Positions 1 through 11,558 of a stretch of 64,000 bases of DNA are shown piece by piece. Within the stretch, counting starts at the first letter, position 1, and every line of letters begins with the position of its first letter. The notes beneath the pieces are model-generated. The model was not told where the DNA came from and made no database searches. It saw only the letters and a program-made list of their open reading frames with translations. The stretch comes from an uncultured Planctomycetaceae bacterium (GTDB lineage: Bacteria > Planctomycetota > Planctomycetia > Planctomycetales > Planctomycetaceae), in NCBI GenBank assembly GCA_963815195.1, contig CAWFGE010000015.1:128001-192000 (forward strand), written 5' to 3'. Both the position numbers and the translations under genes were made by a program.

Positions 1-1447
1 TCGTGGGATGATGGACTCGATCAGATTTGCACTTCCGTTTCGGACTTGCTGAGCTTCGCCCGGCATCATGGGTTCCTGATCCCCGCAGCCGCCCGCCAAC
101 TCGTGGCGGAGTCCGATCACATCGCCATCATGCCGCAGTTGGTGGTCCAGCTCGATGCGCTATCTCAAAGATGAAAAGGCCAAGGTGAGCGATCTGGCCA
201 AAGACATTTCCTCCGATGCGGCGGTGACGGCGGAATTGATCAAATTGATTAACAGTTCGGCGTTCGGACTCAAGACGAGAATCACGCACGTCGAGTCGGC
301 GGTGAAATATCTGGGGATAAGGCGCACCGTGTCGCTGGTGTTCGAACTTTCGTTCCATTCCATTCGTCAGTCTTGGCATGACCGGTTGCCGCCGGAATTG
401 ATGAACTGGTTCGGGATGCGAAGCGTGGTCAATGCTTGCGTGGCATCGGCCTTTGCCGTTCGGCGGAAGGATGTCCAACCCGATACGGCTTACGTGTTGG
501 CGCTCCTTCAGGATTTGGGAATTTTGGTGCTTTGCCACAAGTATTACGACCAGTACCAACATCTATTGAGACAGGCCCGTTCGGTTCCGTTGTTGCAATT
601 GGAGAAGTTGGAGAAAGCCGAATACTCCTTCAGTCATGCCGACGTTTCCGCGGCCCTCTTACAACATTGGGAATTTCCCGCCACGATGATCCAACTCGTG
701 TTGGATCACCACAATTCCACAGAAGACCTCTCGGAAATGGATCGAAAACTTCTGCATTTGATGAAGTTGGGAGAATCGGTGGCCAATCTCAGGGACATGC
801 CTTCCCCCCAACGCCACATGCGGTTTCAAGAAATGCTCTCCCACTCCGGCATGACCTCGTCCTCCGACGCGAAAGCCTGCATCGCCTCGGCGATCGCGCA
901 TTCGCGGGAAGTCACCAGTTATTTCGACTTGGGAATCCCGGACAAAGACGTTTGGTGGAGTCTCGCCCAGAGGATCCAAGCCTTTGTCAGTGAGAACTCA
1001 TCCAATCAACTCGTAAGCCCATTTCTCCGCAAGCCGGCTGCGGTAAAAACCGAGGCAGGGTCCCGCGTCCTGGTCATCGATGATGAGCCAGCCATTGGCA
1101 AGATGCTCAAGTTCTTCCTAAGCGATCTTCCCCTGACCGTCGAATGCCACGAAACTCCGCCCGACCTTTCCCAAGTGGGCCCGGACGTGGGTATGATCCT
1201 CTGCGACGTGCATCTGAATCAGCACAACGGCATCGACTTTGTCCGCGAATTGCGCGCGAGCGGTTTTACCAAACCGGTGATGATGATTAGCGGAGACCGA
1301 ACCCGGAACACCGTCATGCGGTCAATTGATGCTGGGATCATCGAGTATATTGCCAAGCCGTTTACGAAAGAGGTCATCCTCAAAAAGTTTCAAAAGCACG
1401 GTCTGTTAAAACCCCAAACGGCTTCCAAATCTTTACCGGTCGGATGA
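1..1447 (+). CDS. HDOD domain + C-terminal receiver protein (5' end outside window; frameshift near 150)
   Basis: HDOD motifs (DAAVTAELIKLINSSAFGL, LLQDLGILVL, SHADVSAALLQHWEFP) and REC domain (VLVIDDE...ILCDVHL...YIAKPF). Nt 1-150 match the paralog at ~2955-3110 with one extra base. Confidence 0.85.
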
Positions 1448-1853
1448 TTCATACGGGTGGGACCGGCACTTTCTCGATGACGATTCGGATTGTCACCTTC
1501 CCACACGCTCCCATCCTTCAACCACCATCTCAATATGTGCCGAATCGCAAGCCAACGCATCCGTGGTAAGATCGCTCGCGGCAACATGCCGCCCCGGTGA
1601 CCTGAGCAATAGCCGGGCCACGGCACCTAATACGCTGCCGGAGTAGGACTTCTCATTTGGTGTATCTTGCCACCAAGCGGCCCAATGGGATTCTGCGTCT
1701 TTTTCTGCAATGATTCGCATGGCCTCCCTCAAATGTTCATGCGCTCATGTGGTCTGTTGTCGCAGATGAGAACACATTGCGGCGCATGACTCAAGATGTG
1801 AACAGCTAGTCCTGCACAATCAGCGTTCGATTCTTGCTCCGGCCTCGCCACGG

Positions 1854-2138
1854 TCAGGAGCGGATATTCAGAACCTGCTGCTCGTTTTCCGACAAGCCTT
1901 CCGAAGCCGCGTTCGAACCAACCGGAAGCTGGATCACAGCGACTTTGTCGCCGGGGACAATGTCGCCCTGAAGGAGATTGAGAATATCCCCGGCTGGCAC
2001 GTTCGTTTTTACAATCCAGGTCGAAGAAGAGAACTCCATTGCATAAGGATCGATGCGATTCTGGATGGCAAGGGAGAAGCGATTTGGATTCCGCCCCTCC
2101 TCCGTGACGAGTTTGAAGACGATGAGATGCGTGTTCAC
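1854..2138 (-). CDS. small hypothetical protein, possible ferredoxin-like (Cas2/VapD-like) fold
   Basis: 94 aa ORF; pattern HLIVFKL...SSTWIVKT...GDKVAVIQL resembles small ferredoxin-fold proteins (recognised by eye). Confidence 0.5.
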   Translation of the reverse strand: MNTHLIVFKLVTEEGRNPNRFSLAIQNRIDPYAMEFSSSTWIVKTNVPAGDILNLLQGDIVPGDKVAVIQLPVGSNAASEGLSENEQQVLNIRS

Positions 2139-2646
2139 TGAAAGGCCCTTTGCAGCAATGACATAATTCGTCCCGCCTTGCGAATTGCAGCTTGATAGTC
2201 GAATTCAGGCCTTGGAACCGGGCAGCGAATTTCCCGGAAATTGCGATTTTCCCAAAAGTTTTTGGCTTATCTATATTTTTGTACATAGTGGCATGATTAT
2301 GCAAATCTGCGCAGACATCGCTCCGGCACCCCACGCTAGGGTATTGAACTATCGTATATTAACCAAATTGATGCACGTATTAAATCCCACGAAAATGTCG
2401 ATTAGGCGATTCGATTCTATGGGATGTTTTGGGATCCAATCGAGCATACCTCGGCACGAGTGGAACACTTGAAGGATGGATCAAAGCGGTCGTATCAGAT
2501 CGCGAAACTACAAAGGGTGGAAAGCCGAGCCTGCCAGCATTCGGAGGGGATTTGTCCGAGATCGAGACCCGATAGACAAAATAGCAGTTCGAATGTCAGG
2601 AGGATCTTCTCAAGAAATTGCCCCCCTTCAATCCGAGCCATCTTCC

Positions 2647-4401
2647 ATGAGTGATCACGTTATTGCGGTGTTTGTTTCCCAATCTGGGGGGCAACATCAG
2701 CTTTCAGTGCAGTTAGAATCGCGAGGCCTGAAAGTGCTCGTTGCGCAGTCTTCCGAGCAACTCCACCAGTTTGTCAATACCCACCGCATTGATGCGGTGG
2801 TGGTGCAGCAGAATCTGGGGGGATTTTTGACGGGCCTCGAGATTCTCCAGCGGCTCCGCGAACAGCTTCTTCGGCCCTTGCTCGTGGTGATCGGCGAGTT
2901 GTCGGAAGCCGAAAACCTCCAGGCCGCTGAATTGCGGATCGACCATGTTTGTTCTTGGGATGAAGGGGCTGACCGAATCAGCTCGTCCATTTCGGATTTG
3001 CTGAGCTTAGCCCGGCATCACGGGTTCCTGATTCCCGCGGGGGCGCGGCAACTCGTGGCAGAGTCCGACCACGTCGGCATCATGCCCCAGTTGGTCGTGC
3101 AACTCATGCGGTATCTCCAGGATGAGAATGCCAAAGTGACGGAGTTGGCCAAGGACATTTCCTCTGATGCGGCTGTGACGGCGGAACTGATCAAATTGAT
3201 CAACAGTTCCTCGTTCGGACTCAAGACGAGAATCACCCACGTCGAGTCGGCGGTGAAATATCTGGGGATCCGCCGGACGGTCTCTTTGGTGTTTGAGTTG
3301 TCATTCCACTCCATGCGCCGGTCGTGGCACGATCGATTGCCGCCGGAATTGATGACCTGGTTCGGCATGCGAAGCGTGGTGAGTGCGAGCGTGGCTTCGG
3401 CCTTCGCCGTGCGCCGGAAAAGCGTGCCACCGGATACGGTGTATGTTCTGGCCTTGCTTCAGGATCTGGGGATTCTGGTGTTCTGCCAAGCGTATCAAGA
3501 CCGGTACCGCGGCCTGCTTTCGCAGGCGCAATCCGTGGCCTTGTTGCAACTGGAGAAGGTGGAGAAAGCCGAATACTCGTTCAGTCATGCCGACGTTTCC
3601 GCGGCCCTCCTGCAACACTGGGAATTTCCCGCGTCGATGATCCAGCTTGTCTTGGAGCACCACCATTCCATCGAAAACCTCTCCCAAACGGATCGGAACC
3701 TGCGGCATTTGATGCAACTGGGGGAAGCGGTCGCCAACTTACGGGACGTGCCTTCGCCCCAACGCCACGCGCGGTTTCAAAATCTCCTGTCGGAATCCTC
3801 CGTGACCTCGGCCATCGACGCCAAAGCCTGCATTGCCTCGGCGATCGCGCATTCGCGGGAAGTCACCCGCTACTTTAATTTGGCGGTTCCCGAAAAGGAC
3901 GCTTGGTGGGACCTCAGTCAGCGGATGCAAGAGTTTGTCAACAATGGCTCCCCGAAACCTACTGCGGTCCCGCCGGTTTTCCGCGGACCTGGCTTCCAAC
4001 GCACGAAGCCGTCCGTTGTGATCGTGATTGATGATGAGCCGTATATCGGACAGATCATTACGCAGTACCTAAGCGGGTTCCCCTTGGAAGTGAAATGTTA
4101 CGAATCCCCGCCGGAGGCGTCCCATCTGACTCCAGACGTCGCCACGATCCTGTGCGATGTTCATTTGCAAGGCAAAAGTGGGATTGAGGTGGTTCGCGAA
4201 CTGCGCGCGACTGGCTATACGCGTCCAATCATGATGATCAGCGCGGACCGCACCCGGAATACCGTTCTCAGTTCGATCGAAGCGGGCATCATTGACTACA
4301 TCTCCAAACCGTTGTCGAAAGCGGCCCTTCTCGAAAAGTTCCGAAAGCACGGATTATTACCTCAAACAGCGTCAACTCCATCCCCAGCGAGATCGGATTA
4401 G
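2647..4401 (+). CDS. REC-like / HDOD / REC signalling protein
   Basis: Degenerate N-terminal receiver, HDOD and C-terminal receiver (VIVIDDE...ILCDVHL...YISKP); paralog of 1-1447. Confidence 0.88.
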   Translation: MSDHVIAVFVSQSGGQHQLSVQLESRGLKVLVAQSSEQLHQFVNTHRIDAVVVQQNLGGFLTGLEILQRLREQLLRPLLVVIGELSEAENLQAAELRIDHVCSWDEGADRISSSISDLLSLARHHGFLIPAGARQLVAESDHVGIMPQLVVQLMRYLQDENAKVTELAKDISSDAAVTAELIKLINSSSFGLKTRITHVESAVKYLGIRRTVSLVFELSFHSMRRSWHDRLPPELMTWFGMRSVVSASVASAFAVRRKSVPPDTVYVLALLQDLGILVFCQAYQDRYRGLLSQAQSVALLQLEKVEKAEYSFSHADVSAALLQHWEFPASMIQLVLEHHHSIENLSQTDRNLRHLMQLGEAVANLRDVPSPQRHARFQNLLSESSVTSAIDAKACIASAIAHSREVTRYFNLAVPEKDAWWDLSQRMQEFVNNGSPKPTAVPPVFRGPGFQRTKPSVVIVIDDEPYIGQIITQYLSGFPLEVKCYESPPEASHLTPDVATILCDVHLQGKSGIEVVRELRATGYTRPIMMISADRTRNTVLSSIEAGIIDYISKPLSKAALLEKFRKHGLLPQTASTPSPARSD

Positions 4402-4465
4402 TCGCCTCGTCTCGGCGGCCCCAACACATCTCCAGATTCTCCCTGAGCAATGGTCCCTAAATCCA

Positions 4466-5845
4466 ATGAAAAAACTCCCAAACGACACGCCCCCCTTATT
4501 CCCGCAAACCGGTGATCTAGTTCGGAAGGGCAAGTCTCCGGCCGCCGTATTGGCTCTTCTCATATGCATTATCTTGTCGGTGCAGTTATTCGCTGTGCTT
4601 TTCGGGGGGACCTTGCTTTTCGGCTGGTCTTCTGAAGATTTTTTCCTGCATGTGGTCCTTGAGGCGACGGGGGCCGCAATTTCACTGTCTGTCGCCTATG
4701 GCTTGTATGCGAGAACGATCGCGGAAATGAAGCGTTCGGAACGGAGTCTTCGGTTAACGAAGTCGGCCGTCGAGCATGCGAACGAAGCCATGTTCACGAT
4801 CGGCGCGAATGGACGTTTCGTCGATGTCAATCAGATGGCCTGCGAACGACTGGGATATTCCCCGACCGAGTTGCTGTCCCTTTCGATTTGGGACATCAAT
4901 CCGCAATGCTCCCGCGAAAATTGGCCGGCGTTGTGGCAGGATGTCAAACACCAACGACGGCTGCATTATCCCACCGAGCATCGAACAAATGCCGGCGAAC
5001 GGATTCCGGTGGAAGTTTCCAGCTTGTTTGTGGCCTTTGAAAACGAAGAGTACCTCTGCGATTTCGTCCGTGACATCACCGAACGGATGGAAGCGGAAGC
5101 GGAACTGGAAGAGAGCGAAGCCCGCTTCCGGCAGATTGCGGACCATCTGAAGGATGTTTTGTGGATGACGAACGCCGGCGGCGACGAAATCATCTACATC
5201 AGCAAAGCGTATGAATCCATTTGGGGACGAACTTGCGAGAGCCTCTATCAGGTCCCGGAAAGCTGGTGCGAGGGGATTCATCCGGAGGATCGGAACCGCG
5301 TCCAGAGTGCGTTTTACGAACGGGCGGCTCTGGGCGGCTACGATGAGCAATTCCGGGTCATTCGCCCGGACGGCACGGTTTGCCATGTCTCAGCAACCGG
5401 ATATCCGATCCGAAACGAAGCGGGCGAAGTTTACCGCATCGCGGGCGTGGCGCACAACATCACCCGGCAAAAGGATTTTGAAGCGGAATTGGAGAAATCG
5501 AAAGCCGCCGCCGAATCGGCCAACCGCGCCAAGAGTCAATTTCTCGCCAACATGAGCCACGAAATTCGCACGCCCTTAAACAGCATCCTCGGATTCACGG
5601 AAGTGCTCCGCCGGGGCGTCGCCGCGGAAGAAGAGCAAGACACTTGCTTGGAGACGATTTCCACTAGCGGTCGCCACCTGCTCACCTTGATCGACGACAT
5701 TCTCGATTTGTCCAAAGTCGAAGCGGGGCAGATGGAGTTCGAGAGAATCGCCTGCAGTCCCCATGCGATTATCTGCGATGTCCTGTCCACGCTTCGCGTT
5801 CGGGCGCAGGAAAAGTGCCTGCAGTTGGAGGCGGAGTGGGCCACA
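4466..5845 (+). pseudogene. membrane PAS-PAS-HisKA histidine kinase, truncated before the HATPase domain
   Basis: Two TM segments, two PAS domains and H-box [13 protein letters not shown]. Homology ends at LEAEWAT (~5845); no N/G1/F/G2 boxes follow. Confidence 0.85.
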
Positions 5846-5957
5846 GTGTGGTCAGATTCGCGTCGTGCTGCTGACGGAGATGGGCGGACCACCTCCTTTT
5901 TGCCAGGTCTGTTACGTTCGCCTTCCCCTGCCTCCCCTTGACCCCAGCGTGGGTGGT

Positions 5958-6794
5958 GTGCAAATCGTGTTGGACTCCAACACTCCCAAGATGCGGTTGT
6001 GTTGCCCGCATTGTGCCGATTTTCTCACGGTTTCTCCCGAAGTGGCGGGTCACCGCCGCCGTTGTCCCGCTTGCCGAGGATGGTTTCGGTTGGACCTGAT
6101 GAAGGAAGGCGCCCATGCCGATCGCGGAGAGGCTCACTCCCCCGCCGCCGAAGCGGTGACGGCCGGGCCGGTTTTCGTGGATGTTGACAACGAACCTTCA
6201 CTCGTGTCGTCTCCCGCTTCCCAGCCCGAAGCTTTCGAACCAAAACCCAAACGGGCGAAATCGCCCCCACCGCTTCCCTGGCAGAGATCACCGCTGCCGC
6301 CGCGGGAGACGCAGTGGGTGGAAGAAGATGACTTCGAAGCCGATGAGGAAGATGGGTTTCCCGTCCTGGTCGAACCCGACGAGCCACAGTATCACAGGCA
6401 TGAGAGCCGTCATTCCGGCCTGCCGGCGCTTCCCTACCACGTGATCTTTCGCCTGCTGGCTTGGACGCTGTGGATCGGCTTTCCTCTCGGCTGTTTGTTC
6501 ATTGCGGCTTCGCAGAAAAGCGTGTTTTTCGGGCTGTTGGACGCGGCTTCGTGGTTTCTGCCCGGATTGAAGATCCCCGTGCGGTTGGCCAACCTCATTA
6601 TGAGCATTTGTTTTCGCTGGATTCGGTGCGCCGGATGCGGCGAATCCTTTCCCGCCCACACGCGTTGGACGTGCCAGTGTGGATACACCGCGCCGCGGGA
6701 GAGGAACCTGTTTCATTTTCGCTGCCCCATCTGTCGCGATTACCTCCGCGGATTCAATTGCCCGCAGTGCGAATCCACCATTTTGGTGAAGTGA
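5958..6794 (+). CDS. zinc-ribbon membrane protein, hypothetical
   Basis: N-terminal CPHC...CPAC, acidic/Pro linker, TM region and several C-terminal CxxC motifs; stop is 3 nt upstream of the next gene. Confidence 0.7.
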   Translation: MQIVLDSNTPKMRLCCPHCADFLTVSPEVAGHRRRCPACRGWFRLDLMKEGAHADRGEAHSPAAEAVTAGPVFVDVDNEPSLVSSPASQPEAFEPKPKRAKSPPPLPWQRSPLPPRETQWVEEDDFEADEEDGFPVLVEPDEPQYHRHESRHSGLPALPYHVIFRLLAWTLWIGFPLGCLFIAASQKSVFFGLLDAASWFLPGLKIPVRLANLIMSICFRWIRCAGCGESFPAHTRWTCQCGYTAPRERNLFHFRCPICRDYLRGFNCPQCESTILVK

Positions 6795-6797
6795 ACG

Positions 6798-8557
6798 ATG
6801 CGTCGTCCCGCCCAACTCGCAGAGCAGGTTATCGGGAAAGCCGTGGCGGAAGCCACACGGGGCTGCGGCGTTTGGCCGCTGCAACCGCATGTGGTGGCGT
6901 TGGAGCCGCCGTTCGATCCCTACGATCGATACGAGGTCACGGCGTGGGACTGCTTCGTGAACGGCTGGGACGCCGGATGGGAGAGCAGCCAGATCAGGCG
7001 GTTGCTGCCGACGGAGCCGATCGACGTGTGGAGCGAAGTGACGTTGCCCGCCGACATCGACCAGCTAACTTCAAACACCCGTCGGCTGTCGGTGGCCCGC
7101 TTCCCCGAGGATGAGGCGACGGTGGCTAAAGCCGAGCAGTTGCTGCGGGCCCTGCCCCATCTCACTCAGCCTGTTTCGTTTGAAATCGTGGGGCTGGGGC
7201 CGATGCCGGAATATGACAGCGCAATGATGCAGCAGTTGGCGCGGGACCAAATGCAAGGACGAGCCGTGAATTTACAAACCGCCATCTGCGGTTGGAAACC
7301 GCCCCGGATCGTCACCCAATTCGCGGGCGCCCTCCCGGATATCCGCCGGCTGGAGAGGTTGCTGCTGGCTCATTATCCCAACTCCGCCGTGGTGTTGGAG
7401 GAAATCATGTCGGATGACCCGATGGACAAAGTGGACGTGGGACGGGAGGGCTACGGCGCAAGTTTGGCCTTGCACGGCGGGTATTGTCTGCCCCTGCGCA
7501 CGGTGACGCGGATGGACCCCGATCCTTTGACTGTTCCCATCTCGGCGATGGATCATTTGGGCAAAGAACAGTGGGCGGCGGTGCGGGTTCGGTTTCAGCG
7601 GGCCCTCGCGCCGTGGGAGTCGCTGTTGCGAACGGCCTTGACCGATCCCCACAAGCCAAAGCAGATGCTAATCTCGGATATCAGCGAACGGCACTTGGCC
7701 AGCAAGTTCGCCTCGCCGCTGTACGCCGTGGGCATCACTCTCACGGCCTCGACCAAGAGCGTCTTCCGGCAACTGGTGGGCTGGGCAACGCAGTTCTCCA
7801 CGCCGGACCATGAGTTGTTCTGCAACGACGGCGAATGGGTGAACGGGCAGTTGTCCGACGAAGAGCGGCAAAGCTTGTCCTGGACATTGACGTTCCGGCA
7901 GACCCATCGGCCGGGGATGCTGCTCAACTGCCAGGAACTCTGCGCGCTGGTGCATCTGCCCAATGCCACCGTGGTCAGCCAGCGATTGGAAACCGTCAAA
8001 ACCCGCACCCGGCCCGCTCCCCCGCCCCAGACGCCGCCGGGCGTGATTTTGGGCGAGAACGTCCATCGCGGCAAACGCCGGCTGGCCATCGTCCCGGAAG
8101 AACACCGCCGCCTGCATTGCTACGTGGCGGGAGCAACCGGAACGGGGAAATCGACGCTGCTGCTGAATGGCATTCTGCAGGACATCGAAGCGGGGCACGG
8201 CGTGGGCCTGCTCGATCCGCACGGGGATTTAATCAAGGATGTGCTCTGCCGCATTCCGGATCATCGGGTCGATGATGTCGTTCTGTTTGATCCCTCCGAC
8301 AGGGAGTTTCCGTTCGCTCTCAATATCTTTGAATCGCGGGGCGAACAGGAACGAGATCGGGTGATCGCCGAGTTCTTGATGGCCCTTCAGAAATATTTCC
8401 CGAGCAGTTGGGGGCCGCGATTGCAGCGGACGCTAACCTTTACCCTTCTGGCGGTGATGGAAGCACTCCCCCACCCCACCTTGGACGATGTGGAGCGAAT
8501 GTTGACCAATCCCGCCTTCCGGCGGCAAATCAGCGCAAAACTCACCCGCCAGCGGAT
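6798..8557 (+). pseudogene. HerA/VirD4 (type IV coupling-like, DUF87) ATPase truncated by an IS21 end
   Basis: HCYVAGATGTGKST Walker A, GVGLLDPHGDL, SWGPRL. Reading runs into the IS21 terminus at 8558; the Walker B half is missing. Confidence 0.8.
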
Positions 8558-8630
8558 TGTTCGGCGTCAATTAGCTCTGCTCTTTAGCGTCAATTAGATT
8601 GACCGTGCAAGAGGGAGAAATCGACGGGCA

Positions 8631-9083
8631 TCAGCCTTTGGAGCCAGGCTTTGACCCGTCCGAATCGGCCGAGTTTTTCTTGTTTTTCTTGGCGGTTTCC
8701 AAGCGGTAGCTGGGGATGTTCAACTCGATGATGATCGAGTGATGGATCAAACGGTCGATGGCCGCCGCGGTCGTCATGGGATCCTTGAAGATTTGCTCCC
8801 ATTGAGAGAAAGGCAGATTGCTGCTGATCAGAAGGCTGCCCCGTTCGTAGCGTTCGGCCAGGAGCGTGAACAGCACTTCCATCTCCTCGCGGCTCTGTTG
8901 AACATAGCCCAAGTCGTCGATGATCAGCGCTTCGTAGCGGCTGAGCTTTTTGATCCACTTCTCCAACCGCAGGTCGCGTTTGGCCCGCAGGAGTTCTTGG
9001 ACCAGCATCTGGCAGGTTGTGAATAACACCGTGCGGCCTTGACGCGCGAGTTGGTCGCCGAGTGCGGATAACAGATTCGTCTT
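8631..9083 (-). pseudogene. istB: IstB helper ATPase, C-terminal half
   Basis: KTNLLSALG...LIIDDLGY...LLAERYERGS...SNLPFSQW...AAIDRL; begins exactly at the Walker A Lys codon. Confidence 0.9.
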
Positions 9084-9086
9084 GAC

Positions 9087-11162
9087 TCAGCCATTGTTGT
9101 GCCCCCTTGGGATAGTGATTTGCTCGGTTTCGTGATTTTTGAGTTTTAGCATGGCGTCTTTAACCTCCTCAGTTTTGGGAAACAGATAGCACCGATAAAT
9201 TGGATCGACAGAAACCACGATCTGTCTTTGCTCAATTTTATGATACATCCAGGATATGTTGTGCCCGATTTCCTGAGCCATTTCCGCGGCGGTCCAGGCA
9301 TGGGGCAGGTTCTTTGCACGCGGGCTTTTGATCCGGTAGCGATGTCTTAACTTGTTCACGATTTGCGAGGTGAATTGTTCGCCACGACAGGGATGATGGC
9401 CTTCGCGATTGAGATCCGCCGCGATCATTTCACTCGACCGGCCTTCGCTGGTTTCTTGCCGGATGCGTTCCACGATGTGCTCTTCCAAGTCCGTGTGTTT
9501 CATTGAAAAACGCCGTAGGAGAGCCGACGTTTCGGTCACCGAACCGCCGGCCCAGACCATGCGAATTTGCACCAGCCCATCCGATTGCCGGTGAAGATTG
9601 ACTCCCGTAATCATCGTCCGCAACAACGACTTCTTCGCCTCCCAAGACAACTCGGGCCAGAGTTCGGGAAGCTGCCGCCCGACATCCGCGAAGGCGTCTC
9701 GCAAGGACTTTGGTACGCGGATCGGTTGGGGAATTTCTCGGCGGGCATCCGCCAGGTTTTCTTCGGCTTGCTTTTGCGCCAACAAAGCCGATTCCCATTT
9801 CTCTTCCAGACTGGCCGCAATCAAACGGTTCTTGGGATCGACACAGTCGTATTGTTGCTCGGCCCGATGGGCGGCGTATTGCAAGCGCCCGACGTCTTGC
9901 TCCAAATGCCGAACCACGTCCGCATGCGTGCGAGCCCTTTCGGCGGAGAGTTTCTCCAACACATCGATCTCGGCAGGCCGCAGCACTTCAAAGAAAGCTT
10001 CCGTCACCGCCTCGTCGATCTTGTTGCCGCCCAAGTACTGGCAGGATCGTTGGGCGTAATGCCGATAGCCAGAATTGCATGAGTATTGAAAGCGGTTCTC
10101 CTTGTAATTCACTCCCATCGTTCGACCGCATTTTCCGCAGCGCAATAAGCCCGTTAACAACGCGCAGCCGTTGCGGATGGCTTGCTTGGCGGCGAGTCGT
10201 TGTTGGATGCGGAGGTTGTTTTGAGCGATTCGGCGTTGGTTGTCTTCGTACTGCTCCCAACTGATATAGGCCGGGTAGATGCCGGGAATTAAGACCGACC
10301 ATTCCGCTTGGGGCCGGCGCGTGCGACCCGTGGCAGGACGACCGGGAATTCGTAGCGTGGGATTGACTTGCCGACGCCCATGAGCAAACGCGCCTGCATA
10401 AGCCGGGTTATGCAGGATCGAGCCCAACGAAGCGGCCGTGGCTTCTCTCCAAAACACTTCGCCCGCATAAAGGCCCGAAACTTGGCGCCGGGGAATCTTC
10501 AAATTTTTCTTGGCCAGGAACGTCAAGACTTTTTGAATCGTGCCCAACTCCACGAACTTGTCGAACACCAAATGCAATCGCTTTTGAATGCTCAGATCGG
10601 GATCGAGCATTACCGCCTTGTCCAGATTGCGGACCAAGCCCGTCGGCAAGTTTTGCACCAACTCGCCCCGCGCGGCCTTCGACAATCGACCCGCGTCCAA
10701 TCGCAATCGGAGGCTATGGAGTCTTGCCGAAGACATCGTGCCCTTCAAGCCTAAGAGGAGCCTGTCGTTGAAATCCCGTGGATGATACAACCCATCCACA
10801 TCACCGATGAGTGTGTCAAAGATCGCACACAATTCCAACAGTCGATGCCAATCCACATCGTTGCGGGAAAGCCGTGAAACTTCATAGCCCAGAATGATGC
10901 CGACCTTACCCAAGCCGACGTCGGCGACCATCTGTTGAAAGGCCCCGCGTCCCGCCGTTTGCGTGGCCGATTGCCCTTGATCATCCTCCAGGATGCTGAC
11001 TTGTTCCGGCTTCCACCCCAACTCCAACAACCGGGTTTTCAAGGCTCGCTGGTTGTGGGCACTCTCTTGGTTTTTCTCGACCTGCTTCGTCGTGCTCTGA
11101 CGAAGATATACGATCCCGCGGCGATTCAAATGGCTGGTGCTGACTTTCATCGATCCGTTCAT
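9087..11162 (-). CDS. large serine recombinase (resolvase + recombinase + Zn-ribbon + C-terminal extension)
   Basis: IVYLRQST catalytic motif, EVSRLSR, ILHNPAYAG and LLRCGKCG zinc ribbon; intact 691 aa. Confidence 0.95.
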   Translation of the reverse strand: MNGSMKVSTSHLNRRGIVYLRQSTTKQVEKNQESAHNQRALKTRLLELGWKPEQVSILEDDQGQSATQTAGRGAFQQMVADVGLGKVGIILGYEVSRLSRNDVDWHRLLELCAIFDTLIGDVDGLYHPRDFNDRLLLGLKGTMSSARLHSLRLRLDAGRLSKAARGELVQNLPTGLVRNLDKAVMLDPDLSIQKRLHLVFDKFVELGTIQKVLTFLAKKNLKIPRRQVSGLYAGEVFWREATAASLGSILHNPAYAGAFAHGRRQVNPTLRIPGRPATGRTRRPQAEWSVLIPGIYPAYISWEQYEDNQRRIAQNNLRIQQRLAAKQAIRNGCALLTGLLRCGKCGRTMGVNYKENRFQYSCNSGYRHYAQRSCQYLGGNKIDEAVTEAFFEVLRPAEIDVLEKLSAERARTHADVVRHLEQDVGRLQYAAHRAEQQYDCVDPKNRLIAASLEEKWESALLAQKQAEENLADARREIPQPIRVPKSLRDAFADVGRQLPELWPELSWEAKKSLLRTMITGVNLHRQSDGLVQIRMVWAGGSVTETSALLRRFSMKHTDLEEHIVERIRQETSEGRSSEMIAADLNREGHHPCRGEQFTSQIVNKLRHRYRIKSPRAKNLPHAWTAAEMAQEIGHNISWMYHKIEQRQIVVSVDPIYRCYLFPKTEEVKDAMLKLKNHETEQITIPRGHNNG

Positions 11163-11265
11163 GCTCCAGTTCCTCCGTTAGAATGACGACGATTTGCTGG
11201 ATGATCCGCTGCTGCTCTGGAAGAGTCAGACGGTTCCACACCTGGTCCGTGGCAATGGGTGACAT
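10981..11265 (-). CDS. possible small overlapping accessory ORF (MSPIATDQVWNRL...)
   Basis: GGAGGG SD-like sequence upstream and an amphipathic helix (VWNRLTLPEQQRIIQQIVVIL); overlaps both neighbouring genes. Confidence 0.4.
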   Translation of the reverse strand: MSPIATDQVWNRLTLPEQQRIIQQIVVILTEELEHERIDESQHQPFESPRDRISSSEHDEAGREKPRECPQPASLENPVVGVGVEAGTSQHPGG

Positions 11266-11558
11266 CGGCTTCCCTCCGAGAAAGAATATCCCGAAAGGTA
11301 GTCACCAAATCCTGGAGCGCGTCCGGGGTCAGACAGGAAGTTTTTTGGGGAGGAGCGGTGGAAAGGTTCGTGCTGCTGACGTCGATGTAGGTCATCTCGT
11401 CAGGAAAAATCTCGACTTGATAATACTGACGATAACCTGGCAGGCGGGCTAAGCCGAACAAATCAAATGTTCGGCCATAAAGCGGATGGGCCGGATCGAT
11501 GACGGTGATCTCACCGCGCGATAACTGAGTGACCAGAGGTGTCTTGTGATGGTCGGAC
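11159..11558 (-). CDS. recombinase-element accessory protein (Y4bD/DUF5372-like), lacking a start codon in the integrated state
   Basis: ITVIDPAHPLYGRTF motif; stop overlaps the recombinase start (ATGA). No in-frame ATG/GTG/TTG between the att junction and the motif. Family name is from memory. Confidence 0.65.

Noticed and set aside
1854..2138. Small ORF as the cas2 of the CRISPR array
   Set aside because: 12 kb away, no cas1, lacks the YD motif; fold resemblance only.
5842..5848. CACAGTG (RSS/Transib-like heptamer) at the kinase breakpoint
   Set aside because: A 7-mer is expected by chance; no nonamer, partner end or cognate transposase seen.
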